Notes: generated from the sequence alone by a model not told the origin. Positions 1 to 12,633 are shown, numbered from the whole stretch's first letter. The stretch is DNA of 62,882 nt, filler included, from Neoconidiobolus thromboides FSU 785 (GCA_025603075.1; 11 parts of 11 records of this genome joined end to end with filler, not necessarily neighbours in it); one strand, 5' to 3'. Numbers and translations are program-made.

Positions 1-29
1 TTATCTTTTATAATAAAAAAACAAAAAAG

Positions 30-323
30 ATGAAATTCATGATATTTAGTTCAATGGTATTCTTTTTATCAGTTATCAATGCTGCATATCAAGGTGATTA
101 TGGTAATGATGGCGGGTATGGTGGTGGGTATGGATGTAAACCAAAGACAGTTACAAAAACTTCAATTGTAACTCAAACTAAAACTGCTACTGTAACTAGA
201 AAACCAACTGATTGCCCTACTCCTTGTTATCCTAAAACAGTCACTTCTACTAAAGTTGTTACTTCTACTGGTACTAAGACTATTACTGTTAAACCCACCT
301 ACTGTCCTACACCTTATTATTAA
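30..323 (+). CDS. Small secreted Gly/Tyr- and Thr-rich protein with two Cys-bounded repeat units, ending PYY
   Basis: Hydrophobic N-terminus (signal peptide), GDYG..GGYGGGYG linker, two C-x-PKTVT...C-PTP units; paralogue at 6328-6507. Confidence 0.8.
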   Translation: MKFMIFSSMVFFLSVINAAYQGDYGNDGGYGGGYGCKPKTVTKTSIVTQTKTATVTRKPTDCPTPCYPKTVTSTKVVTSTGTKTITVKPTYCPTPYY

Positions 324-896
324 AATTGGTCTCATAGTCTTATTAAATAATTTCATTTTGAAGTTTAATTTTAAATTTGTTTATTAGAAATTAACAATAA
401 ATTTAGTAAATTGACCTAGTTTTTTGATTATTATTAGAACGTCATATAAATTAATTTGTTCAAGCTAATATGTAAAAACAACGATATTTTTAATTATAAT
501 ATAAAATATAAAATACAAACCTGCCTTTTGTACAATTCTAACTCTATACAAAGAGCCAATCCTATATAAATTTTATTTATTTAGTATTATACTATTTTCA
601 TTTATACTTTATGCACTTTTTTATAAAAGGAAGTGAACATTTGTAATAAAAATTTTGCCATTTGCTTGAAAAACTGAGCAATCTTATGTAAACTCAAAGT
701 TAAATTTATATCTAAGATACTCAAAGTAATAAGCAAATGAGTAAATTCGTTACAGAATGCTTATTTTTTTTGTAAAAGTGCGAAACTATGTAAAGATAGC
801 AAATTCTTGTAATTTGGATATCTCATTTAAGGAAGAGTGTACAAAATTTATTTATATAATATTTACTCTTCCAATATTAAGGAGTAATAATATGCA

Positions 897-969
897 GCCT
901 GGCTAGCTCAATCGGCAGAGCGTGTGACTCTTAATCACAAGGTTGCGGGTTCGACCCCCGCGTTGGGCT
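897..969 (+). tRNA. trnK: tRNA-Lys(CTT)
   Basis: Cloverleaf with acceptor GCCTGGC/GTTGGGC, anticodon loop CTCTTAA, T-loop TTCGACC; closely matches eukaryotic tRNA-Lys-CTT. Confidence 0.95.
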
Positions 970-1572
970 TTATCCTATAACTTTTCATTTTTTTGAACAA
1001 TGATCATAAACTCAAGGAAATTTAAAGAGAAAAATAAAAGAGATAAGTGATTGAATTACTTTAACCAAATAACTCTGATACCTAAGTTAATAGGTTTATT
1101 AGACATTTGAATATAATTATAATATATAACTTATTTTTGTATTTTCGACCTTAACTTCATTTAAAAAGCTTGAATCTTTGTTTGAACCAAATTGACCATT
1201 ATCACTATTCAAGCAATAACTTCTTTGATTGCCACTTTTAATTACAATTTTTTGCAATGAAATAAAACAGTTGGTTTAGAGCTATCACTAAATTCTATTA
1301 ACTATATAGCCACTCTGTATTTTATATTACTATTTATTTCATTGATAAATAATACAAATGGGTTACATTTTAGTAATTATGTTACACTCTTTCTTCATAT
1401 ATAATACTCTCAGACTATATAATATTTGTTATCATTTAATAAAGTAAAAGATTAAATTTAAAATTCAATAAAAAATACTGCTTTAAATCTTATCCCTTGA
1501 AAAACATTGATTTTTGGAAAAGTTAGTGTAAACTGTTATTTCTATAAAATTAATTTGTACTTTTAAGAATAT

Positions 1573-1669
1573 GAGGGTGTTTTTTAGCTTCATTACTTTT
1601 TCTATCTTTTAAGCACTATTCAAATGGAAAATTTGTTAGCAAAATTCTTAAACACAAAAATACATCCCC
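1573..1669 (+). mobile_element. MITE family A copy
   Basis: GAGGGTG...CATCCCC flanked by ATAT/ATAT. Confidence 0.9.
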
Positions 1670-2121
1670 ATATCTAAGAAATCAAGGATATTTTAAAGAC
1701 CAGGTTATAGTTTTATGTCAACCTCTTAACATAGCTTTTCTATTCTCTATTTCTCTTATAGAGATATGCAGCTTCTTTGTAAATCTTGAGTATGTGGAGT
1801 ACCTGAGAGCTTTATTTCTAGAACAAATTTAAAGTATACATACTAAACAATACTGCGGAAGAAGATGGGGTGAGTAGTTTTATTTTTGGCTAAAATCTAA
1901 TGTTTTTATCGATTGACTTTCAAGAACACATTATTAGTTTTTAACAATGAAAAGGTAAAAGAGGGGCTACTACACACTTATTTTTGTCTAATGTTGTAAA
2001 CATACTCAAAAATATTAATTGTAATGAAATGATTTTAATTTTTTTAAATATCAGTACATTAGCTTTTATAACTTTTAGAAGCAACTTTAAGCTTAATATT
2101 TAAAAGTAGAGTAATTAATAT

Positions 2122-2181
2122 GGGGTTGTATTTTTGTTTAAGAATTTTAGCAATAATTTTTAAATACAAAAATACATCTTC
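2122..2181. mobile_element. MITE A fold-back derivative (two right arms)
   Basis: GGGGTTGTATTTTTGTTTAAGAATT...AATTTTTAAATACAAAAATACATCTTC, flanks ATAT/AAAT. Confidence 0.7.
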
Positions 2182-2377
2182 AAATGGTATTTGCCTTTTT
2201 CTTCGATTAACAATGATTAGATGCTATATACAATTCTGACTAGTGTTTACTTAATAATTTGGTAAACTTAATTTATATTCAATACTATCTAAAATGTCTT
2301 TAAAAACTTTATTTAGCAATAAACTATTTCATTAGGTGTTTTTATTATTAAAAGCAAATTAAAAATATATAATTTCG

Positions 2378-2649
2378 TAAAACATTTGAACCATTAGTGT
2401 ATCTAGGGTATACAGTATAATCAGAAACTTTTTTGAAATTTCTTGGTTCAACTTTAAATAATAATCCCGCCAAATTTAACAATTAAAAGCAGTTATTATT
2501 TTTTATATTTATATTGTATATATATGCATAATAACTGCTTTTAATTGTTAAATTTGGCGGGATTATTATTTAAAGTTGAACTAAGAAATTTCAAAAAAGT
2601 TTCTTATTATACTGTATACCCTAGATACACTAATGGTTCAAATGTTTTA
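2378..2649. repeat. Long near-perfect inverted repeat (122-bp arms, 28-nt loop)
   Basis: 2378-2499 is the reverse complement of 2528-2649 with 2 mismatches by manual comparison. Confidence 0.95.
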
Positions 2650-2684
2650 AAAGATTTGGTAATTTTAATTAATTTTTTAATAAA

Positions 2685-2805
2685 ATAAGGGGATGTGTTT
2701 TTTTATTTAAGAATTTTACTAACAATGTTTCCACTCAAATAGCTTATGGGGGATGTTTTTTTAATTTCATTACTTTTTCATTTTTTAAGTGCTATTTGAG
2801 TGGAA
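2685..2805. mobile_element. Two partial MITE A copies (reverse then forward)
   Basis: Reverse right arm to ~2745, then forward GGGGGATG... truncated at GAGTGGAA. Confidence 0.75.
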
Positions 2806-3214
2806 TCGAGTAGAGGCAGTTTAATAGTTATGGTGCAGTAACAGCGGGAGCCATTTTCGCTTACGTAAAATAGAACTATAATAACTTGGAATAAATATTA
2901 CGTCAAGTAAATTTAATTTATTGAAAGTGTGGCTTGGATATGGCAACTAGGTTTTGATAAAAATTCTTTCAATAATTCTCCATTCTTAAATCCTTTCTAG
3001 TTTTATTCGTGACTCAATCTAGATCCCTGAAGCTCACTCAAATTTAGAAACAAAAACCATATTTTTTATTCTGTAGTAAAAAAAGAGTAATCCAAGAGTA
3101 ACAAATCCGCTAGTTTCTGACCACGGAAAAGAACTAACTCTAGATAATTAAATCAAAAGTATAAATTAATACTAAAGGAAGTCTATCCAGTATAATTTAG
3201 TTGATTCATTAATT

Positions 3215-4201
3215 ATGAATTCGACATTATATATGGAAAAGGTGTCCTTGCAGTCAACTAGTAGTTTTATTTCCGAAAATGCATTTTACAGTCGTTCGGG
3301 AATTGTGCTTATGAGCTTATCCATCATTTTTAATTTATTTGCTTTTTATTTAGTAAAAAGACAAGGCTTTAAAACATTTGATATGTGGATAGCCAGTTTT
3401 TTATCGATTGGAGACGCTATATTTATTACTTACAAACTTTGCCAAACAATAGCGTTTAATATTATAGGGATTAAAAAGGTCTTTTTAAATATAGATTATG
3501 GTCAATATGATGGTCTTATTCAAGTTTTCTTTTTACTCTTTACAGCTAGTTGTGTAGCATGTTTGGCTTTACTAAGGTATTGGGTTTTATGTTTAAAAAA
3601 GAACATAAAAATAAAGATATGGGCTTCTGTCTTTGTATTTCTTCAATTTATTAATCTGTTATTATGGTTAGCTGTGTTTTTTAATAGGGACTTTATACTT
3701 ATGCCATTACAAAGGTATTATTATCCTAGTATTCTTTCTATAAATGTTTTGACAAGATTTACTGCTTTGTATATCATATTTTTTTGTTTGGTTTGTCTAT
3801 TTTTGGTTAATATTTGCTACATTTTATTAGCTAAACGATTTATCTGTTTGCTGGAGGATAATGTAAATAGGGAATTAAACTATTCATTTTATACTTTAAA
3901 ATCAAATACAAACAAGCAGAAGCATATGACATATATCAGAACAGGTATCATGTTGCTGTTTTATAACATAAGCATGGTACCCTTCATAGTGACTAGTATC
4001 AAAGAACAGGCATTGGCACAACTAAGAAGTCATTTGGAAGATTATATAGTATTAATCACCTTTTTTTTTTTTACTGTGATCAACCCATTAACATTAATGG
4101 TTTTACATGATAATGTTTGTATGGATTTAAAATCAATATTTAGCTCAATTATTGAAAAACTTAAAAAGAAAGGACGTAAAATTAATCATCAATCCTCATA
4201 A
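3215..4201 (+). CDS. 7TM receptor, rhodopsin/class-A-like GPCR
   Basis: About seven hydrophobic segments; DRY-like LLRYW after TM3; NPxxY-like INPLTLMVLH in TM7; intronless. Confidence 0.75.
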   Translation: MNSTLYMEKVSLQSTSSFISENAFYSRSGIVLMSLSIIFNLFAFYLVKRQGFKTFDMWIASFLSIGDAIFITYKLCQTIAFNIIGIKKVFLNIDYGQYDGLIQVFFLLFTASCVACLALLRYWVLCLKKNIKIKIWASVFVFLQFINLLLWLAVFFNRDFILMPLQRYYYPSILSINVLTRFTALYIIFFCLVCLFLVNICYILLAKRFICLLEDNVNRELNYSFYTLKSNTNKQKHMTYIRTGIMLLFYNISMVPFIVTSIKEQALAQLRSHLEDYIVLITFFFFTVINPLTLMVLHDNVCMDLKSIFSSIIEKLKKKGRKINHQSS

Positions 4202-4358
4202 CAAATGTATCATAAGCAGCATTTTTTATATTTAATAAAAATAAGTTAATAGTCTTCATATGAAAAATAAATTCCTCTTTTTAAACATTTTTAACAAAAT
4301 CAAACGTTAGTTGTCTAGCTTAGGATCTAAACTACAGTACTAGAAAAATTCAACGTAT

Positions 4359-4557
4359 GGGGATGTTTTTTTGATTTCATTATTTTCACCTTTTTAAGCG
4401 CTATTTGAGCAGAAAAATTGTTAATAAAACTCTCAAACATAAAAATATATCTCCATATGGTGGTGCTTTTTTTAGTTTCATTTGTTTCTCTATTTTTTAA
4501 GTACTATTTAAATAAAAAAACTGTCAGTAAAATTCTTAAGGAAAAAGATGTATCCCT
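4359..4557 (+). mobile_element. Two head-to-tail MITE A copies sharing one ATAT (4455-4458)
   Basis: 4359-4454 and 4459-4557 both match the consensus. Confidence 0.85.
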
Positions 4558-6327
4558 ATACTTTATTTTCTGGTATAGCCCCCCTCAATTTTGCAAAATT
4601 TCTCTTTTTCCAATTTAGACTGCTTCCTGTTGATTGCTCCCTGCAGATTATTTAATCAACTGTTTACATCCCAAAGAAGGAGGCTATAATCAGAAAGTTA
4701 CGGTGTACCTTTTATTTGATAAAAATATGGAGCTAAAATATTTGATATGTGGAAAACCAGGTTCTGATCGATTTGGGGTGCTATATATGTGGGCATATAG
4801 GTTCTTTTAATTAATTATGGTGATCCTCTTTGGAATTAAAATGATATTTAAATATAAATTAGGGTCAATATGAATGTTTCATTGAAATCCTCTTTGTACT
4901 CTTTTAAATTAATTGTATGGCGTCTTTGGCTTTGTTAATGATTGTGTCCTATATTTGAAAAATTTAGAAATAAGGGTATGTATTACTGTGCTTTTACTTA
5001 TTTATTTAATTTTCTCATCTATTATTATGGGTAGTGTTGGTAGTCTGGACTAGTACCTTTGTCGGGATAAATTCACGGCATTAAATTATAGACCAATAAT
5101 ACGACTCATTACTTGAACAAACACAAGTATGATAATTAGGATAGTGGTTGTTTATTAAGATTGTATATGAATAAATGGCTCGATTTTACTATTTGGTGAT
5201 AATTGGTATAATTATCCATTCTTTCCACATCCAAATGGATAAACTTTAATTGAAAAAATACTTGATAGGTATGATCTCATATTATTTTACTTGGAAACCA
5301 TCTAAAAATGGCTTTAATCTCTTTGACGAATATGAAGGCGATGGTACTTATGATATTGAGTATGCATTAGAAGAAAATTTTATTAATGTACCAGATAATG
5401 AAATAATAAATAATGATAGAGAAGGATTTAAGTCTGAATATAATCCAGCTTATTCTGTAACAATAGTTATAGATAAACAAACATTCAAAGATGATAAATT
5501 TAAGTTAACATTTATAGATGATGGTTTAAAATGTGTATCTCAACGTATTAGAGATTTGTTGTTCCACTCAATATCTAAGAAACATATTTATGTTTGACAG
5601 AACACGTTCTATGAATATAGAGTCAATAAAATTAGACGCTGATTTATGTTTTAGAGAATATAATAATACTTATGAGTGCATTCATATAAAAGATAGGCTA
5701 TAATCAGTTACAGTATATTTTTTATTGAATGAATATAGTGCTGTCTTTCTATTACTATATTATACTAGATTTTCTGTTTTTACATATAACTTTAACTAAA
5801 TGATATTAAAACAATAAAAACATAAAATGGCAAAAATAACAGTTATTTTACTATTAAATTAAACATAATAAAAGGTTATCTTAGATAAGTTTATTTTAGG
5901 AAACCTCTAACTAAAAATATAGCCTTGAGCTTACCTTTTGAAAAGTATTGATTAAAATTCAGCTGTTGGTGTTTATAATTTAATTAGTATTGCCTTTAAT
6001 TTTCATTCATTCATCTAAGAATAAAAACCCTTTTATAGTATGACATTCTTACGTGTACAGCATTATAGTCTTCTAAACTTTTCCTAAGAAATTCATGATT
6101 TTCTTAGCATATATTTCCAGTTTTACAATTGAATATAGCTAAGATGAGACATATATATAAGAAGTAGATCATAAAATATTTGTTAAAAATATGTACAATA
6201 AATGCTAATGGTTCTAAGTCTATTTGTTTAATTTTCATTACTAATGCTTTACAAAAAATACTTGTCAATGATTTTAAAAAAATAAAAATATAATAAATAC
6301 AGATCCTTTTATTGAAAAGAAATACAT

Positions 6328-6507
6328 TTAATAGTAAGGGGTAGTAGTAGGACAAGTTCCTTGTACAGTTTTAGTAACATAGGTGACAGTAGTACTAGTA
6401 ACGACTTTGGTGACATCTTTACATCTCTTTCCATAACCGTAGTCATAACCATAGTCTTGAGCAAAAGTAGAGGTAACAAGGAATACAACAACAGCTAAAA
6501 ATTTCAT
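6328..6507 (-). CDS. Small secreted Tyr/Thr-rich protein, 59 aa, ending PYY (not in ORF track)
   Basis: Manual translation MKFLAVVVFLVTSTFAQDYGYDYGYGKRCKDVTKVVTSTTVTYVTKTVQGTCPTTTPYY*; same architecture as 30-323. Confidence 0.8.
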   Translation of the reverse strand: MKFLAVVVFLVTSTFAQDYGYDYGYGKRCKDVTKVVTSTTVTYVTKTVQGTCPTTTPYY

Positions 6508-6684
6508 TTTGATTTTGATTTTAATTTTGGTAATTTGATTATATTTTTTATAATTTCAACCTTTTAGTCATGACAGTTTATATATACTTTATCTGTGTAA
6601 ACAATTGCTAAAGAATTACTACGGGAGATAAGCCTCTGTTTAGAAGGGCGACTATTTTCACAATTTGTGATAAGATAAACTATA

Positions 6685-6784
6685 NNNNNNNNNNNNNNNN
6701 NNNNNNNNNNNNNNNNNNNNNNNNNNNNTTAATTAATTAANNNNNNNNNNNNNNNNNNNNNNNNNNNNNNNNNNNNNNNNNNNN
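6685..6784. other. Artificial contig linker N44-TTAATTAATTAA-N44
   Basis: Identical 100-nt spacers also at 10720, 12756, 22792, 25293, 43179, 44838, 46373, 53901 and 61003; the 12-mer gives stops in all six frames. Confidence 0.98.
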
Positions 6785-6861
6785 AGTATGATAATGGTGT
6801 CTTAGAAATTATTATCCCACGCGATACTTCTTCAACTCAACGTAAGATTCAAATCTCTTAA
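6785..6861 (+). CDS. Small heat-shock protein (HSP20) C-terminal fragment, cut by contig edge
   Basis: YDNGVLEIIIPRDTSSTQRKIQIS*: alpha-crystallin NGVL strand plus terminal I-x-I motif. Confidence 0.75.
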
Positions 6862-7598
6862 GATACCTCTAGCTATAGTCTGCCCTTATTATTCTATTTA
6901 AATAAAATTGTTCTAAAAAAATTGTATTGGAGCTTTATCAATTTATTTTATATCCATATATTGTATGTGCATCATAAAGTCCTTATTTTTAACACAATCA
7001 CTTGTAAGCAATTACTATTGTTAGTATTGCATTATAATATACAAATTAATACATCTTCTACTTGCATCATAACTATATAGCTAACTATTGGTGTTATACT
7101 TTAATCCTTTTATTGGCAGCATCTATAATATCGCAATTTAATGTGGTTTTGTATCTTTTGTAATCTCATCTATATTATCATGAGATTTTCACCACAAAGC
7201 ATCCAAATATTCATTAATTCGCTATCATCGTTATTATATTCTATTATATATAAAACTATAAACTTTATTTTCTATTGAAAACTTCTATTGTAGAGTTTTT
7301 TATTAGTGGTTTTCTATAGTATTGAATGAGTCGCAAGACCTCCAAGTATTTTATTTAATAAGATCAACCAATTTAAGGTTTATAGAGAAGAGACAAAGCC
7401 CAGGCCGTTTAATCATTGTTTTTATATTACTTTATGATTTGGTATATCTATTAAATAAAATCCGTTTATTTTTTCACTTGAATTACAATCATTCTTAAGA
7501 ATCTTTTAAAATTTCAAATTCCAGCTTTTAAAGTCACATCACCAAGATTTTATAATTTTAAAATCTTTAATCATTTTTCATATTTTTTAAATTTCCAA

Positions 7599-8561
7599 AT
7601 GTCCAATTTAGATAATATAATCAATACAATAAATTTTATTGATGAAGACCGAGAAAATGATAAAGAAAAAGAGAGACAGCGAGAGGATGAGAAGGAAGAA
7701 GAAAGAGAAGATTACGATGAATTAGATGAATTTGAAAATAAAAATAAAAATAAAAATGGGAAAGAAGATGTAAGTTTTAATATTTTTAATAAATCACTAA
7801 ATAAAAATTAGGAGGTCCAAGAATACATCAATTATCGAGAAAAAGGGAATATGACGGGACCTAAAGGAGTGATAGCCGATTATCGTTATTTTAAAAAAAT
7901 ACAACAACAAAAAGAGAGTTCAAGTTTGAATAAAATTAACAATGATGTCAACATTGACTCAATTAATGATAATAATAACATAATTGATGAGTTTGATTTA
8001 GAACTCGAAGATGAAGAGTTTTTTAAACTATACAAACAAAAAAGAATTGAAAGTTTAAAAAAAGAGATGAAACAAAGCTTTGGTCAAATTTTTACATTAG
8101 AATTATTCAATTATAACGATAACATTTCTAATGTTGACAGAGAAGTTCCAGTCATTATACATTTATATGAAAAAGTAAAGAATGTTATATTGTTATTATT
8201 ATTTACTTAATCTCTTTTTTAATAGCATATTTCAGAATGTCAAGAGTTACATCAAGTATTAGTACAACTTAGTAAAGTGTATGGCTATGCCAAATTTTGT
8301 GAAATTAAAGCAAGTATAACTTCATCAAAATTTGATGATATTGTATTACCAAGTATATTAGTTTATAGAAATAATCAATTGGAACATAATTTAATAAGAT
8401 TTATTGATGAATTTAATTCAAAGAATATTAATTTGCAAAATACAGAAGCTGTATTGTTAAGGTGAGTAGAATTTTAATTGTTTATTTGAGTTAGAATTAA
8501 TTTTTATTTATTTAGACTTGGTGTTTTATCTACTTCGGATAAATTCCTAATTGAAGAATAA
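7599..8561 (+). CDS. Phosducin-like protein (PhLP1 type), 4 exons
   Basis: Exons 7599-7769, 7812-8174, 8226-8461, 8516-8561 with GT-AG introns give one frame; motif MTGPKGVIADY followed by thioredoxin-like domain. Confidence 0.88.
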
Positions 8562-8806
8562 ACTTTTAATACTTGATAATTTTATATTGAACTTTCTTTC
8601 CCATTTTCTATATTTATATTAAATCATCGTGATTGAGCTCAATTGTCTTTGTTTTTCCTTGAACTCACTTTAACTAAACAAAATATTTACTCATTAAGTT
8701 CAAGACTTAAAAACCTACTATAATCGATAAAAGATAATAATGAAACAAAAAAAGTATAATAAAAAATATAGTTATTTAATAAAAAGTTGAAGCAAAAAAC
8801 TCTGAT

Positions 8807-9197
8807 TTATAACCTCAAAGCATTTTGAGATTTACGAGAGTGAAGGAAAACCTAAATTCCAGATTAATAATTATCAGATTAATAAATAAAAATTATTTAC
8901 CTGAAAACCACTAAAGATCAAAACGCCAACATAAATAAGAGCAGCGACATAACAAGAATGAGCAACAGCTTTAGGATCATCAAAGCTACTTACAGTTTCA
9001 GTAAACGCTGGGAAACCAATTTCATGTAATCGACCAACGACGGACTATATTTTGTTTTAAAAAAAGAATCATAATTTAATGTCTTAAATAACTATAATTA
9101 ACCTTTACAAACTTACCAAAAAAACAATTCCAATTACACTGATGATACTTAAAAATACGGAAAATCCTTGACTTAAAACTATACCATTAAATCCCAT
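8807..9197 (-). CDS. RNASEK: V-ATPase V0 subunit f / RNase kappa homologue, 89 aa, 3 exons (not in ORF track)
   Basis: Exons 9197-9117, 9044-8901, 8851-8807; two TM helices; DPKAVAHSCYVAALIY...FSGFQVFL resembles yeast YPR170W-B. Confidence 0.85.
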
Positions 9198-10819
9198 CTT
9201 ATTTTATTATTATTTGTTTTGTTTGTTTTAAAAAATTAGTTTTTTGAAGTTTTATTTTCAGCTAAATTAACGTGGAGTTCATGGTCTCATTGATTTCATA
9301 GCAACCAATAAACTGCTCCTATTCGTTCAAAGTTAGCCACCCATTAAATTTTTTATCAGCAATTTATTGGCTAATAAAGTATTGCGTAAAAGAAAAAGTA
9401 TAAAAATGACAAATTAATAAAAAGTTTATTTTATCTTATAATCTTCTTTTATATAAGGTTTAGATAACAAAATCTTTAGTTACTTATAGCTAAGTTAATA
9501 AAGTATGTTTGAGCACATTAAGCTATTATACAACGTAAGAGACACAGGAAAACAGGCTTTTGTGAATCTATAGGAGTGTTATAATGACTAACATGAGGAC
9601 ACTGGGCTAATGATTGTCTGATAACAATTACAACTTATTTGTACTTTACGCTGTAATTCAAATGTATAATTCAGACATTTTTAAACAAACTACTTTGTAT
9701 CAAAAATACTTTTTTGCTTGTTTACAAAATTGTCTTTACTATTAATCTCTTAGCAAGTCCCTCAAAGCAATACTCCACCTGACCTCGTCCATTAGCAAAG
9801 TTTAGCTTTTCCAACATAGATTTGACTTTGCAGATGAATCATATAGATGTTGATTAGAGAATTAAACGGCTTTTAATGTTGACCTGATTCTCATATTTAA
9901 TTCTTTGCTTTTGCAAACTCACTAGTGCATAGGCAACGCAGCAAAAGCAGTTGAAGCAGTGTTGCTATTTATCAGTCGGTAAATAAGTTTCAGTTATTTA
10001 AAAAGGTTTGGAAAAAGTCAAGATGTGATTTTCATAGTTTGTTGCATTATAATAAAATAAACAAAATCATAGCTTTAAAAAAAAAAAGATTAGAATAGAT
10101 AGTACAATAATATGACTTTCTAATTTTGTTCAATATAGGTTGACTCAATGACACTTACCTATCCATGAAATCAACAGAACTCAACTTCAAAGGCATTGAC
10201 TTTATATTCAATTGGTCTTCCAACTTTACTTATATTAATTTCCAATCTATAAAGAGATTTGCCTTTTCAGGTTTAAGATTAGAAAACTACTGTCCAATAT
10301 TGATTTTTATATAATCGATCAGTTTAAGAATCAAATAAGCTGTAATTTCTAGCTTTCATTGATTTTACCTTGTTCCTATCAATTATCTCCTTTACTAAAT
10401 ATTCAATACCAATCAAACTTAAGTTTTGATTATTAATTGCTAACAATTATTGACACTATATGATACTCCTAGTCTTTTTAAATTTATCCTATAGTATAAC
10501 TTTTTTGAATTATTGAATAAAGTTTATTCAAAAAACTAGATTTATTTAATTTTAATATTTTTATCCAGAAAAAGAGTATAAAATAGAATGGCTGTAGCAT
10601 TACAAACTAGCCTAACATAAAACATAACATCAAAATACAATAACCAAACTAAAGTTGGTTATTCACTCAATGATGGTACTATTATTGCTGAAGTACAAAA
10701 ACAAGGAAATATTTACGTTNNNNNNNNNNNNNNNNNNNNNNNNNNNNNNNNNNNNNNNNNNNNTTAATTAATTAANNNNNNNNNNNNNNNNNNNNNNNNN
10801 NNNNNNNNNNNNNNNNNNN

Positions 10820-11247
10820 GAACTTGAACTTTCAGTAGTAATTGCGAATTGACATATAGTTGTTTTACAAAATGGAATACCACCTAATTGTTTAATTAAT
10901 TTCACAATTCCAGCATCTTCGTTTGCTTTTTTCCCTATATTAGCTTTATATGTGGCAATGGTATCATACCCTTCTACATCAAATAAATCTTTTATGGATA
11001 CTGGAACACCTAGCAATGGGAACTTATTTAAATCATATTCTTTACCAGATTTTATGTTGGCATCAATTTCGGTGGCTGCCTTTTCACTATATTCATCCAT
11101 AAACATCGTTACACAATTTGTTTTTTCATGGGCTAAACGGGCTTGTTGTTGAAAGTACTTTAATACTTCTACTGCTTCCCATTGTTTTTCAACTATCCCT
11201 AAACTTAACTCTTGTATTGTTTTGTTGCTAAAATCAGTAGTGCTCAT
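10820..11247 (-). CDS. Amidase-signature family protein, N-terminal part (cut by contig edge)
   Basis: HEKTNCVT and PLLGVPVSIKD (catalytic Lys) motifs; GGIPFCKT. Confidence 0.85.
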
Positions 11248-12633
11248 CTTTGGTTTTGTTTTTTAAAAATCAATTAATTATTCGTGATGTGGCTAGTTTT
11301 TATACTTGCAAAAAATTAAGGTTTGTTGATTGTTATTTCCAGTCTTTGCATAAGCCTCGCTTTTTTGTCAAATGAAAACCTGAGAAATGGTTAAGGGTTA
11401 CGTCGAGGGTGTATAACGGGAAAGTTGAATTTCTTAAAGCGGGAGTAGAACGGATTTTATGCATTTTATACAGTTTTAGTAGTACACTTTTATTGTTTCG
11501 TTTTATGAATTTTCGTTAAGTATTTATTTTTGATTTTTAAACTATCGCTAGTAAATCCCGAATTTACACTTTTACAATATTATGTAATCTATTCTTGTAT
11601 CAATCTACAATTCTCCTCCTTTGTTCCAGACCTATTTTTCCTTTTTTTGAGCTATAAGATTTAGCAAAAATTTTTGAGAAAAAGTTATATAATATTTCAA
11701 ACATACTATTAGTCATTACAAAACTTTAAAGTCTAATAAAACTGCTTAGGTCCTCTTAGATATAATAACTTCAGCTCTTTACCTTCCTCTCTCATTTAGA
11801 TGTTAACATTGAAAACTTTAAAAAAATAAAAAACAATCCTACTTTAACTGAAATTTAGGAAACTTTAATTTGAAAATATAAATGGTTTAATTATATATAT
11901 ACCTTTTTAATGTGATTTAGTGTTAAGTGTATGAGTTTTTAACAGTACATATATAAAGATGCTCTTTCGGAAGATATTAATTATCATTAAATATAGGGAT
12001 TTAAAAGGATACATTTAAAATTTAAGACCATTTCAGATATATAACCTCAAAAATAATTTGTCACCTTTCAACTTTAATTTACTCAACAGAGTATAGTATG
12101 TAAGGATAACTTAAATATTCGATAAAAAGTTAGCTCTCGTTATAAACAATATGGGGCAGAGTTGAAAAATTTGAAAGTCGCACTAATAAAATGATCAGGT
12201 TTGTTAATTTTCCATAGAAAAGTGTATAATGAATAGCTTTTCATTAATTTTGATATTTTAAAAGCGACAAAAATTGATGTTTTTATTAAGAACTTCAGAA
12301 TCCATTAATAAAATAAGAAACAAAAAAACCGATACAATACTGCAGCATAAGACAACTATTGTGTAGCTTTTGGTATGATTTGAAGAACAGAGGGTTCAAC
12401 AGTTAGTAAAACTTGAATCTACTCTATGTATACTAATTTTATGGACAAATATTTTTTTTTATACTAAAAGAAAGAAAACAAAAACAATCATCTGCCTGTA
12501 TTTTTTTATATCTTTGAATACTTTTTCTGGCTTTTAAAATTATTTCTCGAGACTTTTCTTAAACCACATACTCAAAGTTATACTTTTGAACTCAAAAGTT
12601 CTTTTTTAGGACTGGAAATTTTATATAAAGGAC

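Noticed and set aside
5250-5597. 115-aa ORF with TTG start, and 75-aa ORF at 52274-52501
   Set aside because: No recognisable motif or convincing gene structure; probably pseudogene debris
9500-9980. Possible hAT transposase remnant on minus strand (DEVRWS)
   Set aside because: Single weak motif in a stop-ridden frame; no termini found
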